Made by a program: the position numbers and the translations under genes. The notes under the pieces are model-generated. The model searched no databases and was not told the origin of the DNA. It saw only the letters and a program-made list of their open reading frames with translations. 64,000 nt of DNA from Alphaproteobacteria bacterium. Its GTDB lineage: Bacteria > Pseudomonadota > Alphaproteobacteria > Rs-D84. Positions within the stretch are counted from its first letter, which is position 1; every line of letters begins with the position of its first letter. Below are positions 57,042-64,000 of this stretch, in pieces. The DNA lies in contig JAFWJF010000001.1 of NCBI GenBank assembly GCA_017511715.1, positions 2,892 through 66,891 on the forward strand. The letters are read 5' to 3'.

Positions 57042-58448
57042 CTATTTCTTATAATAGCGTTGCAATTCTTTCATTATAAAGTTGAAAAACTTGCCCGACA
57101 TAGTGTCTGTATTTACAGTCCAATTAGAATCTGAATACGGCATCGCAGATACCAAAATAAACTTTGCCATCCATCTAAATATTCGTATTTCTTGGTCGCG
57201 AGTCAATTTTGCAGGCGCGTTTTCAACATAAAACACTTCATTTTCAACCGCATTATCAACCTTTTCCATTATAATATCTGTGATTTTCTGTGGATAATAT
57301 ACGGTTGATATTCTGGGGAAGCCTTCAAATAATTTATCTTCGTTGCCGGCACTATATAAAATATTCCACCCTATTCTGTCAAACAAATCTTCGACACATT
57401 CACATATTATTGCATTGTATTTTTTTATGCCTTCTTGGTGTAAAATTTCTGTTTGAGTTTCAATTTGAGCCGCCGATTTGATTTTTCTGGTTTCGGCACG
57501 TCTTGATTTTTCATACGCCGCGTGGGTTTGATGTTCAAATTCGAAAAATGTACGAACCTGGCATATAATTTCCATTGGAATAACTTTGTCTGCCGTTCCA
57601 ATATTCAATATCAATTTCGCATCACGATAGCCACGCGGGTTTGCGATATCAAAAAACTTGTCCCGCACAGCAATTATCTTGTCCGGCCACATGTTACAGA
57701 TACGTTCAATAAATGTTCGCGCTTGGGGAACCAAATCAAACAAGCATTTTATGCGCCAAACATCTTCAAGTCTGGCGTATGGTGTACGAATCTGGTCAAG
57801 GGCGCGCACCAATTCAACCGATACTTGTTCATGCCCAGATCCTATTATCTTCAATACCTTTGCAGACGCATCTGTAATGAAAGATTTAGAAAAAGTTTCA
57901 TGAATTTTATCCGATATCGCCCGCGCAGATGCTAATTTTTTTGTCCGCCCTATAACCATATATGCGGTTTGCGCAACTTCATTTACATAATCATTATAAT
58001 ATTTCCCAGTAATTTTATCCAATGTTCGCGCAACACTTTTTTGGGCCCCCACGATAACCGTCACAATTGACGACACCGCCAAATCTATTTTATGTCCACG
58101 TGTTGCCACAAAAAATTGATTACGCATTGGATCTTCGTCCAATCTGTGATTTACCAAATATGGTTCCAGAGGATTAATATCCGATATTGTTATTTTTTTG
58201 TTTACTGCTGAATCTGTTTCATAATCATATGCGTGAACAGCTGCCTTTGGCGCACCGAAACATTTACCGATATACAAGAAAACTTCACGAAAATTATTCA
58301 TTGAATTGGAATACAAAGTTATCAAATATTCGCGTGTTGCGTTATCTATGCGGTCTTCTGAAAAGGCTTTTTCGATAAGTTCCAGATTTTTGTTGTCATG
58401 CGCTTTTGTCAATGCAAATATAACGCCATCTTCTGTGTCGGCAACCAT
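57042..58448 (-). CDS. hypothetical 468-aa protein with a possible RelA/SpoT-like nucleotidyltransferase core (tentative)
   Basis: Segment PRGYRDAKLILNIG...PMEIICQVRTFFEFEHQTHAAYEK loosely matches the RSD GYxSxH ... E(I/V)QIRT...H...YK motifs. Confidence 0.4.
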   Translation of the reverse strand: MVADTEDGVIFALTKAHDNKNLELIEKAFSEDRIDNATREYLITLYSNSMNNFREVFLYIGKCFGAPKAAVHAYDYETDSAVNKKITISDINPLEPYLVNHRLDEDPMRNQFFVATRGHKIDLAVSSIVTVIVGAQKSVARTLDKITGKYYNDYVNEVAQTAYMVIGRTKKLASARAISDKIHETFSKSFITDASAKVLKIIGSGHEQVSVELVRALDQIRTPYARLEDVWRIKCLFDLVPQARTFIERICNMWPDKIIAVRDKFFDIANPRGYRDAKLILNIGTADKVIPMEIICQVRTFFEFEHQTHAAYEKSRRAETRKIKSAAQIETQTEILHQEGIKKYNAIICECVEDLFDRIGWNILYSAGNEDKLFEGFPRISTVYYPQKITDIIMEKVDNAVENEVFYVENAPAKLTRDQEIRIFRWMAKFILVSAMPYSDSNWTVNTDTMSGKFFNFIMKELQRYYKK

Positions 58449-58462
58449 AACAAATCCTTTTG

Positions 58463-59929
58463 TTATTTCATTATCGGAAAGAGTATAACATCACGCGCGG
58501 TCGGCTGATTAAACACAATCATCGCCAAACGGTCTATACCCATACCCACACCAGAAATCGGTGGAAAACCATGTTCCATTGCACGGACAAAGTCATTATC
58601 TGGGTTAAAGGCTTCTTCTTCACCACCTGCAATATTTTTTGCCTGCTCTTCAAATGCAGCCAGTTGCTGTATTGGGTTTACCAATTCAGAATAGCCCTTG
58701 CATAATTCGCCACCGGCGACCAACAATTGATACATATCAAGTCTGCGGTCATCTTCGTCATTGTGGCGTGCCAATGGCACCATATATGTCGGATAATTAT
58801 AAAGGAATGTAGGTTGAACTATTTGATTCCTGATTTTACGTTTATAGACATAATCAACCAATGTTGGAATTGATTTCAAATCATCTAATTCGCCCGCAGG
58901 GAACATGCCCTGTTCCACCAATTGATTGCGCAGTTTGTCTACATCATCAAAATCAAGTATATTGCATCCGAACAATTCGTTCATTTTTGCAGTATAGTCC
59001 ATCATTTCATATTTACTGAAATCTAACATTGTGCCCTGATATTCAATCTGCAAAGTACCGCGCGCCTTTTGCACTAATTCTTGAACCATTTGCCACGTAA
59101 AATCGATATTTCTTTTATAGTCCCAATATGCAGCATACCATTCTATCATTGTAAATTCTTGCAAATGCATGGCATCCATGCCTTCATTACGAAAATCTTT
59201 TGCCACTTCGTAAACCCGGTCAAAGCCCGCACCAATCGCTTGTTTCAAGAATAATTCAGGTGAAATACGCAACTGGAAATCTGCATCCAAGGCGTTATGG
59301 TGTGTTGTAAATGGTTTTGCCGCCGCCCCAGAAGCAATATTTTGCATAATCGGTGTTTCAATTTCCAAAAAACCATTTCTGTTCATAAACTCACGCAAAT
59401 TATGAGTCATTTGAAAACGCCCCAGCAACGCATTACGTGCCTCTGGATTAGAAATTATGTCTAAATATCTTTGGCGATAACGTGTTTCTGTATCTGTCAA
59501 ACCATGATACTTTTCTGGCAGTGGGCGCAGAGCTTTTGCCAGAATTTCATATTTCGATACGCGAACGGTCAATTCTCCCGCAGTTGTGTGGTAAAGCGTA
59601 CCGGTAATTCCTATAAAATCGCCCAGATCAACATTGGCTTTCATAAACTTATAATTTTCTTCGCCTAATTCTTCGCGGGACATAGAAAACTGTATTTCGC
59701 CTTCGATATCATAAATGCGTCCAAACATCAATTTGCCAAGCCACCGCAAAGCCGTCACACGCCCACACAACACAACAGGCGTATCGTCCGCCAATTCACG
59801 CGCTTCGCTAATCTTATGTGTTCTATCAAATTTATCTTTCCAAACGACACCATCACGTTGTTTAATGTTTTCAACCTTTTGCAAGCGTGCTTCGGTTTCA
59901 TTTGTAGATATATTTGTGTTTTCTGCCAT
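58463..59929 (-). CDS. lysS: lysyl-tRNA synthetase, class II
   Basis: N-terminal OB anticodon-binding domain, class II motifs (FRNEG, GGELCKGYSELVNP, GVGMGIDRL). Confidence 0.9.
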   Translation of the reverse strand: MAENTNISTNETEARLQKVENIKQRDGVVWKDKFDRTHKISEARELADDTPVVLCGRVTALRWLGKLMFGRIYDIEGEIQFSMSREELGEENYKFMKANVDLGDFIGITGTLYHTTAGELTVRVSKYEILAKALRPLPEKYHGLTDTETRYRQRYLDIISNPEARNALLGRFQMTHNLREFMNRNGFLEIETPIMQNIASGAAAKPFTTHHNALDADFQLRISPELFLKQAIGAGFDRVYEVAKDFRNEGMDAMHLQEFTMIEWYAAYWDYKRNIDFTWQMVQELVQKARGTLQIEYQGTMLDFSKYEMMDYTAKMNELFGCNILDFDDVDKLRNQLVEQGMFPAGELDDLKSIPTLVDYVYKRKIRNQIVQPTFLYNYPTYMVPLARHNDEDDRRLDMYQLLVAGGELCKGYSELVNPIQQLAAFEEQAKNIAGGEEEAFNPDNDFVRAMEHGFPPISGVGMGIDRLAMIVFNQPTARDVILFPIMK

Positions 59930-60118
59930 TGTTTTTCCTTTTTACTTGAAAAAACGGACACACAAAAGTGCGTCCGTCACATTTATTTATTGATGGTCGC
60001 ACCTGTTTAATTGAAAAAGCGTTTTATACACAATTTCATCATATACACCGCTAAATTTGTTTTCACAATGATTTATAGCACAAATATTCTGATTTTTCAA
60101 CTATAATTTTTTTTGGTA

Positions 60119-61228
60119 TTAGACCGAATATTTCTCAAAAACCTTGTTTAACTGATTATGAACCTTTATCAGTGTTGCACATTTTGGCATGTTTTTTACA
60201 GATGATGCGCCAATATATGTACAACAAGATGCTATTCCACCAGAAATATCTTGCAAAATTTTGTCCAAAGAACCAGTGTATGGTATTAATAATTCACGTC
60301 CTTCGGATGTTTTATAATTGCACATACCTCCTGCGAATTTATTGTTTGCATATTCCGAAGACATCCCATAATACTGCTTGAAACGTTTTGTTTGTACTAC
60401 AGATTGACCGTCAATCATTTCATTCGTTTGATATTGTTTTTCGATGATTTCGCCTTCGGCTTCATCAGAACCAGCAAACATGCCGCCCGCCATCACAAAA
60501 TCTGAATTCAGACAAAAAGCCTTGCATATATCACCGATATCAACAATTCCACCATCTGCGCAAATGTGCCCGTTAACAGAATGTGCGATATCCGCGCATT
60601 CCAAAATCAATGATACCATCGGCGTTCCGCACCCCGTCTGTTTGCGCGTTAAGCACGCGGAACCACTGCCAATGCCACATTTGATAATATCTGCATAATC
60701 TAGCAATTTTAGACATACATCGCCGCTGGCAATATTACCCACCATTATTACAGCATCTGGAAATTCATGTCGAACATCTATCAACATATCCCATGCCTTT
60801 GGGATATAAAAGTTTGGTGCGTCAATACAGATATTACGCGTCCCAATCCAGTTATATTTTGATTCTAAATCTTTCAATTTTTGTATTTGTTCTGCTGCAT
60901 TTTTCAATCCGATTGTAATAAACAGATTATCAATAGAAATATTGCCTGCGCGACAATCATCTAAAAATTGTCCTATCTCATCAACTGTGTAATGTTTATG
61001 AATTGTTGCAAACATGCCACGCGCCAATAATTTTTTTGCAATTGCAAAATTGCCCACAGTTGCCATGTTTGCATTAAAAACCCCAAGTCCTGTCCTGGTT
61101 TGACCGTGTTTGAATTTGAACAATCTTTGCAGATTGACTTCACGTCTTGAATTAAGATTTATTCCCATTTTCGGCTTAATTAAAATATCAGAATAATCAA
61201 GATATTCTTCTGATAATACTTGTGTCAT
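60119..61228 (-). CDS. GMP reductase / IMP dehydrogenase family protein (GuaC-like, no CBS insert)
   Basis: GIGSGSACLTR and GCGTP catalytic-loop motifs. About 370 aa. Confidence 0.7.
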   Translation of the reverse strand: MTQVLSEEYLDYSDILIKPKMGINLNSRREVNLQRLFKFKHGQTRTGLGVFNANMATVGNFAIAKKLLARGMFATIHKHYTVDEIGQFLDDCRAGNISIDNLFITIGLKNAAEQIQKLKDLESKYNWIGTRNICIDAPNFYIPKAWDMLIDVRHEFPDAVIMVGNIASGDVCLKLLDYADIIKCGIGSGSACLTRKQTGCGTPMVSLILECADIAHSVNGHICADGGIVDIGDICKAFCLNSDFVMAGGMFAGSDEAEGEIIEKQYQTNEMIDGQSVVQTKRFKQYYGMSSEYANNKFAGGMCNYKTSEGRELLIPYTGSLDKILQDISGGIASCCTYIGASSVKNMPKCATLIKVHNQLNKVFEKYSV

Positions 61229-61311
61229 ATTTTACCTCTTTTCCACCTGCGATTATACACAATTAAAGGAAGTTATTTCAACACAATAAAATACCTTTGC
61301 TCTAAAAAAAA

Positions 61312-61335
61312 CACCCTTTCGGGTGTTCAAACTTT
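61312..61335 (-). terminator. terminator following the duplicated tRNA-Gly(GCC) 3' end
   Basis: Plus strand aaaaaacaccctttcgggtgttcaaac. Minus strand is a hairpin plus T-run. Confidence 0.5.
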
Positions 61336-61348
61336 GGTGCGAGCAAAG
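61333..61348. repeat. duplicated 3' end of tRNA-Gly(GCC) (tttggtgcgagcaaag), partner at 61436-61451
   Basis: 16-bp exact direct repeat flanking an 87-bp insert. Confidence 0.75.
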
Positions 61349-61437
61349 TACTTCGGCAACTAGCGTTGCCTCGCCTCGCAACTCGCCCCTTTGCCGCAAA
61401 AATCAAAAACCGCCCTAACGGACGGTTTTAAAATTTT

Positions 61438-61514
61438 TGGTGCGAGCAAAGGGGCTCGAACCCTCGACCTCAACCTTGGCAAGGTTGCGCTCTAGCCAAC
61501 TGAGCTACGCTCGC
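61438..61514 (-). tRNA. tRNA-Gly (anticodon GCC)
   Basis: Reverse complement gcgagcgtagctcagttggctagagcgcaaccttGCCaaggttgaggtcgagggttcgagcccctttgctcgcacca. Confidence 0.85.
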
Positions 61515-61594
61515 ATTGCCCGCATATTCTGACATACTTTTTTATACATTGCAAGCACTTTTTGCAAAAAAACACCGCCCAAACGGGCGGATGC

Positions 61595-62581
61595 TTATAT
61601 TCCGAACCAACGCCACGGTTGAAACGCGCGCAAAAGCCCCAACGCAGTGCGTTTGTCGGCAATCGTATGACCACAACGTGGGCACACCAGGAACGGCTTC
61701 AAGAAGGCATTAACTTTGGAAAAAACAACACCCCAGATAAAGATTCCCGCAATCCATGCTGCAATTACCAAGCCCCACGCAACCAAGTTGAAATAATGGT
61801 TAACTGTGCGGGTCAAGATTTGAACAACACCTAAATTTGATTTCTCTAAATCGTTATAAATCCTTGTTGCCACTGGCCAAGATGATGGACGCCATGGATA
61901 CACATGTTTGATTCCATAATTGGTCAACAATGTTGTACCAAGTCCCGTTTTTTTATCAAGTTGCTTTTTGATTGCTTCATCAATCATCTTGTCGACTTCA
62001 ATTTGGGAAACTTTGACAAGTTCGGTTTTAACAGAATCAAGTTTTTTATTAACCTGTTCTGCCACAGCATCAACCTTTGCGATACCTTTATCAGCGGTCG
62101 CAACTGCTTTGTTCGTTTCTTCAACGGCCTTGTCTATTTCGCCTGTTTTAATTCCAAATTTATTTGCCAAACCAGTTATCGCAGAAACTTTTTTTGTTTC
62201 TTGTTTTACTTTATTTGTTTGTTCTTTGGCTTTGGCGGTTGTATCGGTCACTTTATCGACCTGTTTTTCAACTATTTTTACCTTTTCAATCGCAACACCT
62301 ATCGGTTTTTCAAGGTTAATAGAATCTTTTATTCCATCCAACAATCTTTGATATTGTTCTTGGATATTACGTTGCAAATCAAAAAACATGGATACAACCA
62401 TAGACTTTTTGATTGGACCAGCATAATGATTCTTTACATACAACGGAAACCATGCAACAAATATAAGCCATATCACAGATATAACCGCAAAAACGCGTTT
62501 AGTCATTTTGATAACAGACGGTTTTTTTGCAACTGTTTTTGCACCGCCACGATCAATTACTTCGATTTCTTTTCTTGCCAT
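61595..62581 (-). CDS. membrane protein with coiled-coil region and C-terminal CPRCGH zinc-ribbon-like motif
   Basis: TM helices near both ends, a K/E-rich coiled coil between them. The antisense ORF 61904-62659 is F-rich junk. Confidence 0.5.
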   Translation of the reverse strand: MARKEIEVIDRGGAKTVAKKPSVIKMTKRVFAVISVIWLIFVAWFPLYVKNHYAGPIKKSMVVSMFFDLQRNIQEQYQRLLDGIKDSINLEKPIGVAIEKVKIVEKQVDKVTDTTAKAKEQTNKVKQETKKVSAITGLANKFGIKTGEIDKAVEETNKAVATADKGIAKVDAVAEQVNKKLDSVKTELVKVSQIEVDKMIDEAIKKQLDKKTGLGTTLLTNYGIKHVYPWRPSSWPVATRIYNDLEKSNLGVVQILTRTVNHYFNLVAWGLVIAAWIAGIFIWGVVFSKVNAFLKPFLVCPRCGHTIADKRTALGLLRAFQPWRWFGI

Positions 62582-62641
62582 AATATTTTCCCCTTGGTTG
62601 ATTACATGATATTAAAATTTAGTATTGCATTTCAAGTGTTT

Positions 62642-64000
<1,359 letters not shown>

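Overview
The window reads as a low-GC alphaproteobacterial chromosome segment, probably from a host-associated or reduced-genome lineage. The evidence is a ribosomal protein S16 (RpsP) with an Ala/Glu-rich tail, an AddA-type helicase-nuclease, a DUF1013 protein next to rpoD, and an IHF-family protein. Housekeeping genes dominate: the rpsP-rimM-trmD-rplS operon, tsaD, xseA, recN, addA, rpoD, cysS, a fused accD-accA, a peroxiredoxin, an Atl-like alkyltransferase, prfB with its programmed +1 frameshift, RNase J, rpsD, trpS, a XerC/D recombinase, cspA, lysS, a GuaC-like GMP reductase, tgt and amiC. There are five tRNA genes. Four of them (Gly-CCC, Ser-CGA, Arg-CCG, Gly-GCC) each carry a short insertion on the 3' side that ends in a duplicated copy of the tRNA 3' end. 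Three of these insertions contain one conserved repeat of about 100-130 bp, always in the same orientation relative to the tRNA. A fourth copy of that repeat, with no tRNA next to it, lies upstream of a two-gene secreted-protein locus and appears to supply its promoter. The Gly-GCC insertion is shorter and only weakly related. The second standout is a 10.6-kb gene (41012-51613) for a 3533-aa secreted mosaic protein. It has four copies of a roughly 100-aa module, each followed by a block of BspA-type leucine-rich repeats. It also has Listeria-Bacteroides repeats, a long ephrin-receptor-like cysteine-rich region with near-identical internal DNA duplications, and a roughly 65-aa C-terminal domain. 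That C-terminal domain is shared with a small secreted Cys-rich protein at 19491-20222, so there is a paralogous surface-protein family. Other items worth a look are a BspA-LRR protein inside a tRNA-Ser islet flanked by a 145-bp duplication of the amiC 3' end, a possible RelA/SpoT-like protein, a K/E-rich tandem-repeat protein beside xerC/D, and addA split into two overlapping ORFs. No rRNA or CRISPR array was found.
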